Below, piece by piece: positions 28,410 through 47,200 of a stretch of 64,000 bases of DNA; position 1 is the stretch's first letter, and each line of letters begins with the position of its first letter. Both the position numbers and the translations under genes were made by a program. The stretch is from Tubiluchus corallicola (Eukaryota; Animalia; Priapulida), in the NCBI GenBank assembly GCA_030141605.1, contig JAQGDQ010000143.1, positions 310,001-374,000 on the forward strand. Reading direction: 5' to 3'. The notes below the pieces were generated by a model. The model did not search any database. It had not been told where the DNA came from and saw only the letters and a list, made by a program, of their open reading frames with translations.

Positions 28410-28810
28410 TGCAGTGCAGCATTACACAATACAATACAGCCGATATTACACAGCACAACGCAATACAAGCAATGACGCAAGGAATATTACAACACAGCAT
28501 TACAAAGCAACAACGTAGCAGAGCACGGTACAAACAGTAATACAGCAAATCATTTTTACAAACAACGCAGCACAGTACAACACTAGCAAAGCGCGGCACA
28601 TACAGCACAAGACATGCAACAATGCAGCATTTTATTTTACAAGGTACAACGCTGGCAATAATATCAGCAACAACACAGCGAAATTAACATTGGCAGCAAC
28701 GAAACACAGCACAACCCTAGCAACAATGCAAGCAACAGCACAGTACAATACAACACAGACAATTACGCAGATCGGCACTACACAATACACATGTGGCAAT
28801 ACAGCACATC
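28410..28810. repeat. Highly degenerate (CAATA/CAGCA)n pentamer-like low-complexity tract
   Basis: Recurrent acaata/acagca/acaac units. Confidence 0.6.
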
Positions 28811-30084
28811 AGTCTACCGCTAGTCCGCAAATTACAATTTTGCAAAAGATGCGTAAACAAAGCGAAAGGAGTAAGCACATGTTACCCGATAATAAGTGCC
28901 TTAAGGCGAAAGAACATTTAATTACTAAAGCGTGTACTAGTAATAAATGGCAGTTTATTTATACAACAATGCAGCCAGTTTACGTGTTTGCTTTCTATCT
29001 GGTGTAGGCACCTTGATGTGGCTTAATCTACCTTTTCCCCACTAAACATGTGCATTTCTGACATTAAGTCTTGCTTGTTTATTCAATCTTAACCGGAGAC
29101 GAATTTTTAGAATTTAACCAGCTCTGGCACATAGCTTACGTAATGACTTTTAGTTTCCGAAACCAATGATTTTAAAATGTTAGGATTGAAACAGTTAATC
29201 ACATACTTCCAGCAGTTATTGTAGCATAACCTCTTACATTTCCTTGTGTTTTGGCCAGTATATAGTTTAGCACATCAGCATATTCCTCCTACTACACCGT
29301 TTTTTGGAACACTCTGTATAGACTATAGACTTAGCCCACAACAACAGCATAGTTTAATACATGCATAGATAACAGTTGCAGCAACATTAACAGCGACAGT
29401 AGCAATGACTGTAATGGTAGCAATAGTAACAGTAACAACGACAGTTTTTGATTTATTTACTTTCAGTCGTACGAATACAAACAAACAATAATTGTCCAGT
29501 TGCATGGCAGCATAATTTTTCAATTGTGCAAGCTTTTCTCAAAGATGATGAAATTCTTTTTCAACTTGGTAGCTCCATCTATAACTTAAACGTTGTAATT
29601 ATAGTTTTCGTTTGCATAATCGATTACCAACAGAAAAAAGGAAGCACAGTAACTTTTTTATGAACTTTATGATATGCTCGGTGCGCTTCACGTCGACTTG
29701 GGCACACACCGCAACCACTTAGCTATTTACCAACTTTGGAAAGGACCTTTCGAAGTCACAGCTTTGAAGTTTAGGTCCTCTGCGGGATCACCTTGTTTGC
29801 ATTACAAGAGTAATAAGAACTGTGCAGTACAATCAAATATTCTTTTATAATAAATTTGCATAATTTTCTCTACATGCTTTGCTATTATTGTTGCATTTAC
29901 ATAATAACGATGTAATTCTTAGATCTAAAAATAAACATGTGTGATGTTTTTCAGGCTATCCTGCAAATCTGAGACGTGTTGCTGCCATATCGCTACTTCC
30001 TGAGACACACGAGCTTACACACGCCAATGTCTGACGACCCGACGGCTCAAGGTGAACCGAATTGCACGTATCGGCTGACCCATC

Positions 30085-31026
30085 ATGACCGACCCGTTCT
30101 GGTCGCTTTTTGTGAACGGTTCAGGAGATCTCCATGGTTGGGAAGTGATCGTCGAATCGGCTGTGATTACCGCTGTTACTCTGCTCATAATAATCAGCAA
30201 CATCTTAGTCATCGTCACAATATTGACCACTCATGGACTCAGTGACGTCATCGGGTTCTACATTGTCTCCATAGCTGTTGCGGATCTCATTGGTGGGACA
30301 TTGATCATGCCTCTGTCAGTGTACCCAGCCATGGTGCAAAGGTGGGTATATGGTGATCTTGTGTGTAAAATCGAAGCTTACATATCTATAGTCCTTTGGA
30401 GTGTCAATGTATACACAATGATGTGGATGAGCGTGGACCGATATGTGGCAGTTAGACGACCAAACAGGTATGAATGCAGCTCGACCAAGATGCGATGTAA
30501 GTGCTGGATTTCTTTCACCTGGATCACTGCCTTGTTCATTGGCTGTCCGCCATTGTTTGGATACTCTCAGGCGAAATTTTATCAAGACGCAGCAATTTGC
30601 ATACTGGACTGGGGTTACTTGGGAGCTTACACCATCACTGCATCCATATTGGTGATTGGACCTAGCGTCATAACCATCTTGTACACATTCTCTTACATTT
30701 TTCGAAAGATTTACAAATATAACAAAGCCGTTAGAGAAAATTCCAAAGAAGCTAAATCAATGCAGCCGCCAGTAAGTGACCAACCGTACGGTAACGCAAA
30801 TCCCATAATGGTTTTCGTCATCATAATCGTATTCTGTGTGATGTGGTTGCCTACACTACTTCTAAAAGTCTACGAAAACATTTGCGGCCCCACCGACCTA
30901 CACCTCGTGCATTTTCTAACGTTATGGGTGGCAATGTTAGGAGGTTTCTGGAAATTTGTGATATTAATAATGATGAACCCTAAATTCAGGCGCGGCCTGT
31001 GGTTGTTGTGTGGCAGGAGGCGGTGA
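30085..31026 (+). CDS. Orphan class A (rhodopsin-like) GPCR, GPR21/GPR52-like, 313 aa, single coding exon
   Basis: Seven hydrophobic segments; SN in TM1, IAVAD in TM2, WVYG..C in ECL1/TM3, SVDRY, W in TM4, ECL2 Cys, MWLP in TM6, helix-8 NPKFRRGL; N-terminal NGS sequon. DPFWSL and FLTLWVA..FW resemble GPR21/52. Upstream acceptor ttttcag (AG at 29953-29954) implies a spliced 5' UTR; AATAAA near 31287. Confidence 0.9.
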   Translation: MTDPFWSLFVNGSGDLHGWEVIVESAVITAVTLLIIISNILVIVTILTTHGLSDVIGFYIVSIAVADLIGGTLIMPLSVYPAMVQRWVYGDLVCKIEAYISIVLWSVNVYTMMWMSVDRYVAVRRPNRYECSSTKMRCKCWISFTWITALFIGCPPLFGYSQAKFYQDAAICILDWGYLGAYTITASILVIGPSVITILYTFSYIFRKIYKYNKAVRENSKEAKSMQPPVSDQPYGNANPIMVFVIIIVFCVMWLPTLLLKVYENICGPTDLHLVHFLTLWVAMLGGFWKFVILIMMNPKFRRGLWLLCGRRR

Positions 31027-32279
31027 CATAATAACATTAATTTGATGGAATACTTGTGTAAAAGGTTCCGTCGAAAAAAATGAGCGCTTGCTGAATTAAA
31101 AGACTCAGAAAACACTGAATGTGTTGAGTCTACCTCACTACTAGCAACGCATTTTTGCCATGACAATGATGTTCTAGTTACCATGATGTTAATCGATGTT
31201 GTATTGTAAAATGTTTTGTACATAATGATGTTTAGGTGAATAATTTGAATATGTAGTAAAACTATAGAGCACATATCTGTAATGGAAATAAATGTTGAGT
31301 ATCAACGCATGACTGCCGTAGTTTTTATTCCTCTACTCCGTGGATTACATTTAGCCAAAGCACTTTTTAATACGTTGCCTGTCGCTTATTAATAATGACA
31401 TCTGAAAGTTATTTCAATTAGGGCCTAGATATGGCTGCAGTGCACTCGGGAATTGCTCATTTTACTCATATACGCAAAGAAAACTTGACCTCGATCAATA
31501 ATATTAATGTCAGATAATAGTTTGATTTACATTATTGCAACCTCCAACGTTTTTTTACAACTGCGCCGCACATGGCCTTTATTCGCGCACTATATTTTTA
31601 ATTTCATTTTTATTTTGCTCTTTTACTTCTTCTGTATAAGTTTATGTGTGCACGTATAACATAAACTTTAACAGGTCAATATGAGAACATGTTAATAATT
31701 GTATATATACTTGTTTATTCACCACAACACAGTACAGTAAGTCCTAGAATTTACATAATAGATATTACAACATTGTAGTGACAGCAGACATGAAGTTAAG
31801 AGTAATTTGTTGTAAAGTGCTTTAGCATCTGAGTTTTCCAATGAGACCTATTCGAGAAATCTTATTAAGCCTAATCTGAAAGGACGACAACTTTTAGACC
31901 TAAAATTACTCATTATTAAAACAACTGTTATCAATTTGTTTATTTTTAATAAATTTGTGCAGGCTTCAAATAAAAAGAGGTTTGGATCCCTTTTTTGCAT
32001 TTGAATTTAAAAGTAGCCGACTGTTTCGGCGTAACATTAACACACACCTTATTGTTTTCTCGCAATTTTTTTTTGCTATCATCGCCCATTACACGGTTAT
32101 ATTTGTTGCCAGCATTTAATTTTTAGTCAGGCAAAATTTGTAAAAAAAAAAGGGAGAAAAGCTCATCTCCTCTCCAAGATAGGCAACCAGCAAACACCAT
32201 ATGCAGGTTCCATTCGTAACTCACCAACTTATCCAGTATCCCCAATATGGAAATATGTCAATTTATCGTGTTCTGAATT

Positions 32280-32458
32280 CGCCCTTCCGGGCCCCAAGGC
32301 GTCATATCACTATGTTCCGCAAGCCCATTCAGTTCTTGAATACACGTGACATGCATGCGGCGTCCCCTGCTGTTGATGACGTTTTGAGACGTTTCCTTCT
32401 TTGTTGCAATCAGTAGCCATTTTGTTGCATCTACAGAGGAATTCTTTCTTGTTTCTTG
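32280..32458 (+). promoter_or_regulatory. Putative UAP56/DDX39 promoter and non-coding first exon
   Basis: Locally GC/CpG-richer. ETS-like cttccgg (32284), E-box cacgtgac (32343), pyrimidine tract tttccttcttt (32392), YY1-like gccatttt (32416), strong donor G|gtaagt at 32458/32459. Matching acceptor tttcag ends at 33340, 24 nt before the ATG. Confidence 0.6.
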
Positions 32459-33363
32459 GTAAGTTAATACCGTTATTTATAGAAAAGTATTGTTAATGAA
32501 TTCACCAAAAGGGATTAGTTTGAAATTTAAGTAGGTAATGTTTGCGGTCTAATACTCAAATTATAGCAAAGAATGTACAGGTCTATTTTCCTTGATGACT
32601 TCCCATACCGTCATCATCTTTTCAAAGATTCTTCGTAGTTATTTGGTTGGCCTTTGAGTGCCCAGTATATAGGGCTATAGATGCACATTCAAATGTGCAG
32701 CACTACGGATCGTTACAGAGGTGTTCCATTTCTTCATTGTATGGTCCTATTTTGTTCTTAAATCTATGTTTACAGCTTGGGGCAAACTATTCAAATCATT
32801 TATTACTTACTCATGTCTGGCAGCAAGAATGAGATAAATTTACCTTTATTTACGACCGTATCTGAATGAGAACTTCATAACTAGCAAAACCTATGTGTCA
32901 TTATGGTCTTCAAAATGATGCACCGAATCTTCAGCAGAACGCCATAACACAAATGACATCATTTTTAAGAGTATATCTAATATTGTAAGTCGATTAACTA
33001 TTTTCATTTTGTTTATGCAGATGAAATTTGACAATCACATAATATCACCAGAGCTTTAAAAAAACTCAAGTTTTTATTCAAACAAATGGCAAATCCTAGT
33101 TGCATTATAATCTCATTTTCTTGTTAGGGTTTTTGATGCCTCACATATCTTGTCAAATGTGTGGTCTGGACACATGTTTAATCAGGTGCAGTAGCCCCTG
33201 TGAATACATATTTTTTTTGAAGACATTACAATAATTGTTTTGTTATCAAGCTTGTTTCAGTTTAATTATAAATGTCTACGGTTTCAGCCTGTCTGCCTAC
33301 CCTAATCCATATGCAATTTTAAGTAATCTTCATGTTTCAGGAAACTACTTATAAACATCCAGA

Positions 33364-39619
<6,256 letters not shown>

Positions 39620-41234
39620 AGCAAGCTTCATTGTGTTGTCCAATTGCAGCATCACATTTCGCATTACCATCTGTTTGTTGATTTAATTTTACTAGACCTA
39701 TAAATCGACATTCATTGTGGATTTACATTTTCTGTAACTTCGTTTTTTATGTAAATATGTAACCTAGTTCTAAGAGTATGTAGATTTCATTTTTCAATGG
39801 GTCAACAAGATTGCTGTATTTTCATTGTTAATCTTGTCCAGACTGGGACATCTTTGGTTACATATTACATTAACCAGTGATTTAACATTAACTGAAGTTG
39901 TCCATATGATGTATATAGTATCAGTAGTAACAGTAATAAATAGTAGGAAGCAAATGATACAGTTTAACAGTTTGTGTTTATTATGTAGAAAAGCATACCA
40001 GTTCTTTTATTGTGTACTCGGCTGTGTTGCAAATTTTAATACCTTAAATTTTACTATGTACATGTAAATTTTTCTTAAGTAAATGGTTTGCACTTATAAA
40101 TTTTATGTGTTGGTAGTATCAGTGCATCTTGTATTTCTCAAAAACTCGTTTCAGAACATTTTGTTTCTTTTAAGTTCATTGTAAAGTTGCGAAATGAAGT
40201 CTTATACGAATATGGATGACTAGAAAAACATTTAATTGCTGAAGTACAATTCTTGTTTAGATGGAAATTTCTAAATGAAAAATTTATATACTTGTCTCTT
40301 AACAGTCTGTATAAACTCTTAATCAAAATGTTACGCAGCATAGTTATTCTGGTTGTTGCAATAAAAAATTCCTGTGTGTCTTTAAAAGGAAAATAAATCA
40401 CAGTTTGTTCTCTGAATAAGTGTCTAAAGCTATTTATTAAATCCATGCGGGCCAGTTACACTGTACATGTAAGTGGCTAATTATACAGTTGTAATATTCT
40501 TGAGCATAGCAAAAGTTCTACTTTCTATTCTTTACTATTTACAAGGCAGAACTCTAGTAACAGAAATAACTATTCTACCTGTTATTTTTCTTTAACAGTA
40601 ATTGATGGGAGAAACTAAAATACGGTGTGTTTTGATTACATGATATTGCACAAGACATCCAAAAATGGTATTTTGAGATACAAAATATCAACAACACAAT
40701 TTGTATTGCAGAAAATAGTACAAAAAATGGTAATACATTATACGAAATTTAGCCTGGTATTAATATAGTTGGTTAGCATGGTTAAACTGGTTCCTTCATC
40801 CATGCACTTTGGCAAGAAATCTAAAGAAAGCATTCACAAAAATAGCAGCAGTGCAAAAGATATAAGATTATTAATTTATGATCTATAATAGTACCCAACA
40901 TTTTATTGCGGAATGATATATTCCAACATCTGTGTCTTGCGGTTAAAAGTTGTTTGAATTGAAATGGGAGTAGAATGCAAAAATGGACAGTAACGTAAAA
41001 CGTTATAATAACCCGTCTGAATTGATATTACGAAGAAATACCGACAGTTGCATTATATAACTGCCTGACACATTTGCAAAATTATATGATTGACTTTAAT
41101 CACTGAAGTGAGCATCGATTTGATTTAGATGCAGAATGTATGTCCAACATGTAAGCATATACTGGTTTTCAAACTGGGTTAACCACATTCAAAACTATAA
41201 TAGCAAAACATTGTATTGTGCCAGTGTGAGCTGT

Positions 41235-44200
41235 TTACAACATCTTAATTACCGAAGATAGTACAATCAAAACAGATGAAGCAATTAAACAATTGCTGCA
41301 GGAATAGTAACTCTGTCTCCATTTCGGATCTTTTTCACAACCTGGAATTTCACAAATTGGCTGTGATTTTTGCATCAACCAATCATAGGCCTCGGTTTCA
41401 CCCCTGCGCTTCAATTCTGCCCCAGTTAGCTCTCGACATTTCTTGTGGTAATTATTCAACCATTTCCTCTGCAATTATAACATTACTGCATTACTTCAGA
41501 ATAGTCTCCCTAGATAGCACCACCATTTTTCTACACCTTTCCCATGATTATTATTAAATGTAATCATGCAAAATCGGTCACTGGTAAAAAGACAAATTAT
41601 CACAAGCTACTGGATCTTTAAAAATGCAGCAATTTTGTTAAAAGGTCATTTACTGTGCATTTATGTTTTGCTTACTATTACTGTGTATAGTATGTACAAC
41701 AATTTTCAGTAGACTGCCAGAGGAAAGCAATAGGAATCTGTTTCACTCATAAAATGTCGTTTTAATAAGCTAGTAACAATTTCTATTTTCACTTTTATTA
41801 TTTACGTGTGCACATACCTGTTTCATGGACAAATTTTCAATTTTAATCAGTTTTGGCTCAAATGGCACGAAAGTTAGAGGCTCGAATGTGATGAATGTCA
41901 AATCATCCGACGTCATCTGCAGAACATAAATCGAATACAATTTTCATCTTCATCTGATCTTGCAAAATCAGAAGCATAATTTCTATATCTACGTTGCTAG
42001 TTACGGAAAATAAGCATGATAATGAGTTAAATTCCGAGTCGCCACAAACAGCTCATTGAGTAAGCCAGCTGTTGAATGCTGTATCTTGGTTTGTAGCATG
42101 CCAAGTTGGATAAAAAAATTAATCAATAGCTAGAACATTTCGAGAAAGAGGCGAGTGACTGAAAAAATATGCATGTATATTGATTAATATCTGACAATAT
42201 CGTTACAGTTTGGAAGAGTTACTAGATAAAGCAAGAAAACTTAGTGTGCTCCAGACTCGATATTATAGTTACAAAATACAATATAAAATGGTATGAAATA
42301 ATATAGAATTAATATATGATACATTTATTGGGCTGGAAAATTTCCCCATACTTTAGTTTTCTCATAATCACTGTAGCAGCTTGACCTACTTTCAATGACA
42401 AAAAGTCAATAATAGAGATGCAAATGTTTCATCTCTTGATGAAATTAAATAATTTTCATGGTGTTAATTTGCAAAATGCATATTAGCTCAGTCACAAAAA
42501 TGCTTCACTACTGAATTCACCACATTGGTAACTTGCATTGCTACATCTACTTAGCTGCTACATACAGGCGTGTCAGCTATTTTTGTCATTTGTATCGTCT
42601 CCAGCCGAACTCCAAAATCTCCCACTTTGTAATATCCTGGCTCGTTAGACATAAATATACGAGGCAACATTGGTAATGAGGTTGGTCCTATGGCAAAGAA
42701 ATGCATAAGTAATGAAGCAATACTAAATGTAATGTAGCATTTTTATCCTATTTGTGTATAAATTTAAAGGACAAACTTGAAACTTTTAGCACTTTCTCAC
42801 TAATTTTTGCTAAGAATGTCCAAAAATAAATAAAACACTAGTTTTTATGCTTGATAATTTGCTCAAATCCATAAAATGAAAAAAAAACTAGATATTAGTA
42901 TGCTCTTATGACTTTATTGAGTTGATTATAATGTGAATGTATTGTCAATAATTAAAGATATTGGTCAGTTAACGTCTCAACTGAGAATAATTTATGGAAG
43001 TGTCAGGAAAACTTATTGAACAATTCTTTTTCACATCAAACTTTTTTTTATTTATTTATTTACACTATGCTAAATGTTCCAAGTTTTGCATTTTTATTTA
43101 ATTAAAACTTGATATTATTCATAATATTATATGCATCCATTTTCATTGGAAAAACTTTTATTCTATTGAAATCAGAAAAAAATGTAACAAATTTTCCAGC
43201 ACGGCTTACTTTTTTGTCCACCCGATATATGGTAATTCATATAATGTTATCAATTATTTTCAGTGTAAAATGGTGATTCGCTTATTCCCTAGCCAGAGTT
43301 GGAGCCTTCTAGTTGTGGACGAAATTCTAATATGCAATTCTAATTGTACCTTTACTTTCATGGACAGACATATAAGATCCAATGCCATGACTGGTACCAT
43401 GCCTATATTGCATTCCGTACTGCCACAAATGCTGTCTAGGTATCACATCTATCATTTCGAATATCCCACAGTCTCTAGGACCTACAACAGAAAATAAACA
43501 ATTGCCGTCATTTTTTCAGAAAGCTCTATCTCATGATTACAGACACGCAATTAGTCACTTTTCAACCGTGTATTATAATAGGCATACTACTTGCTCTATT
43601 GCTCTGTTATTATATGCTTATATACTTACGGTAAGGTTTTTGCGGAAAAACAGAAGTGATATAATCAATCGATCCTTGTAAAACACGAGTATATGCTTCC
43701 TAGATGAAAAAATCAATTATTTATTTATTTACGCAGATAAGTGAGGTTTTAAATCATTGATTAGTCAGTGATAAGTTTACAGTTAAATTATAATAAAATT
43801 AACATCAGATATACAGTACATATACAACAAAATATACAAGCCCTGCAGGACGTGTAATCATAACATATAAACCAGGCATACAAGGGTTACACTTACAAGA
43901 GAAGAGGAGCTTCACTTGATGTCGAGGAGCTTATTAATGTAGTTTTACTGCTTGTAAACCCAATAAAAGTACAGGCCTAGTTGTGTTATTAACTTACGTA
44001 CATGTGCAAATATCCAAATACTACAATTATGTATTAAACAAACATTTAGTATTTTATTAGTAGAAAAACGGAAGGTAAAAAAGATGGCGAGTGGCGTTAT
44101 ACAAAATGGGCGCCTTTTGGTTCTCAAATTTTGGCTTCCGTCTGTCCATTTTTACTATTGTATGAGCTCGAGCTCCTATTCCAAGTGTCTAACTTGTACG

Positions 44201-47200
44201 TTGAAACTCTAGTTACTATAGTTTTAAAGTTACCGTATTCATTGCTATTTACAGATATTGGCTCCTATCTCGGAGTTTTATAGACTCCCAAATTTTTAAA
44301 AGCTCGGGTATATATCTACGCAGCATTACCTGAAAACTTAATTAAAATTGAACTCTACTTAAAGCCCTAAGAGAAGTCGAATGGCAATCGAGAAAACTGA
44401 TCGATGTCCAGTGTCCTTGACCCTTTAATCGAAGTCACCATTCACCAAACCACTGTCAAAGTTCCTATCCCAGATATCTACTCTTTAGGTTTCGTGACTC
44501 TAGCCCTATGCGTTTGCAAGTTAACATGAATTAAAATTGGAAAATTGGATGCTTAACATAATTATATGAAAAAAATCAGTATATGGGTTCTAGATTCGCG
44601 GCGTTATTGCTCACAAGTATGCATTCTATCAGACTCTAAACTCCCCTAGGCTTGTACACATCACATTCGTTATTTTTTATCAGATTTTTTTTTATTTTGT
44701 TAACAAAGATAAGTCTCTGGCACCATGGTCTTAAAATAGAATCTTATTACTACAAAGGAAAAAAGCTATTATTGTAACTTATAAACAATAAAAAATATTG
44801 AAGTTTTTAGTGTGCAGAAACAAACTTGCCTTTTCTAGGTCCTTTGGAGTCCCATAATGCATTGTTCTGGTGACATCAGTTGTTCCATCCCTAGAATATA
44901 AATTTTCGTAAGGTAAGTTTCACTCTTTCGTTCACTAGTTTGTTTGTCTTGTCATGTATTCGTATATTTAATCCTCCAGTATAATCTCCAAATGTTTCTC
45001 CATATCGGCCAAAGATTCGGTCAGCTATTCAGTCAGTCGGTGAGTTATATTAAGCAGTTGTGCATCCATCAACAAGTGAGTGAATTAGCAGTCTTCACTT
45101 GGTTTATCAGCTAGCCAGTATATATTATCCAGTATTAGGTATTTTCACCAGGCCACCAAAATGTGTAGTATCAGAAACGAGATTATGAACATTTGACTGA
45201 TTCGTTAACAGCCTTATACAAAAGCTACTATGGCCTAATTTTATACAATGCTAATTTTATATGCTAACTATGCAGACCGTATAATTTTCTGGTAAGTAAT
45301 TAAAATTCCTTTTCGGTAAACTAAATTTTAATTTTTAGCTATTTCGTTTACTTTAGCAAATATAATTATTAGCATGATCAATTCAAACATCAATTATTAT
45401 TAAATTATCAAATTATTATCGAAAGGTAATACTGAATAACATCCAAATAACACCATAAAGGACTCAAACCAAGAATTATATTAAATCATCATTTTCAGAA
45501 TAATTTGCTGCAAAATTTATTGAAGTTGGAGGAAGTTCACAAATTTGCCCAGATTATCTTGGATTATCTTGGAAACTGAAGTATGAACAATTAAAACTAG
45601 TCCTGTCTTTCCCCTCTATCAGATATATATAGAGGAGGCTACTAGAAGGCTTTTATGAGCCGTAACCATTTTCTTTGTGCAGTAACCGTTTTTTGTGAGC
45701 AGTAACCATTTTCTTTATATGTAGCAACTTGGAAATATAAGTTTTACCATGTACACATTGCTAAACTAAAAGTTTGAATAACTTCAAAAGCTAAATTTTA
45801 ATTAGAAGTTTAAAAAAGTATGAAAATGCTATAGTAAGATCACTTCCTCCAAATATGAACCTAAGTCTCATATTTTGTATATTTTTCAAAATTTTGACTA
45901 AATTTAAATATTTTAAGTGAGAGCAGGCGACAGTACTGTCAGACTTCACGACCCGAGCAGCTGCCATACAACATAAAAATTTTTAATAAAAAATTAGATG
46001 CAGTGGATAAAATGACGAATAATTCAAACATCATTTACAAAAAATAGTCGAATGAAAACTTTTACGTAATTTCATGCCTTTAAAATGTGTATAATTACAT
46101 GGCCTATTACATGCAACATGATAAAAGGAATTCGTTTCACGGATATTTGTATAGGAGCTGCACAGCCGGGAATGAGTTAGACTAGGATGGTCAATTTAAT
46201 ATTTGTAAAAGTTTTTTTACAGCATACCAACAGTAATACACTTCTTCAACCTTAAACCAAAGAAACAAACAAGATTAGCAGCACTTCCCACTTTCCATAC
46301 AAAGCAAACAGGAAATACCCCTATAACAATAGAAGAACGACCCTGCAGTTTGAATTACATTGCATAAGTAAACAACTAACGTTGAGAAAGAAAAGTAATT
46401 TGATTTGCATACAAATACTGTCCACCAGAGTCAAGAAGAAACATTTCATTTCTTGTAAGGTTGCGGTCGGTAGTATTACGAGATCGGTAATGGATGATTG
46501 CTCCATTCGGACCTGATCCAGCAATGGTTGCGAAGCTTAAACCTCTGTTTAGTGGATCGTTTCTGTGAACAAATATTAACCAAATTTAAAAGCGGTACTA
46601 AAATTAATCTGTCACATCATATAAACCAGCACATCTATAAGTTAAAATTAGACATATTTATCTATTTATGGTCCTTAGAAAATGTCATTACAATTGACGA
46701 ATTTAATACTATTAATGTTTGAAAGAATTAGAAGTTAATAAAAAAATTGAACAGCGCAGACATTAGATTCAGGAATGTTGATCTTCCGGCAATTGAAGAA
46801 AGTAATAATAGAGTGCCTGAACATAACTTTTTTAAAGAAAATTCAATTTCTTTATCAACTTTACGAGTAAAATAATTTTTTCAGGCTGTGATTGCATTAA
46901 AATTCATTAGGTAAAATTACAATTCATACAAAGCTTGATAGATATGCTACAGATGTATAGACATTGTTTCTATGAGTCGATGAAAATGTCATTTTATTAA
47001 GGAAAACAGTCATTCTTCACTGATTTTCAGGCTTTTGCTGTATCCTGTGTAAGGTACCTCAACAATCAAACTGCTTGCCATTAATGTCCCAATACAAACA
47101 GCGGTAATGTATTTCGTCTGGCCTGACTAAGCTGTCTTTACAAAGTACATGGTCAGTGCAAGCTGGCATAGCCTACTGCATACAGAACATTAAATCCGTT

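Noticed and set aside
30870-31274. 134-aa antisense ORF over the GPCR 3' end
   Set aside because: No recognisable motifs; explained by antisense codon bias.
47059-47175. Extra aminopeptidase exon flanked by AG/GT-like sites
   Set aside because: In-frame stop and no M24 similarity; the flanking exons join in phase without it.
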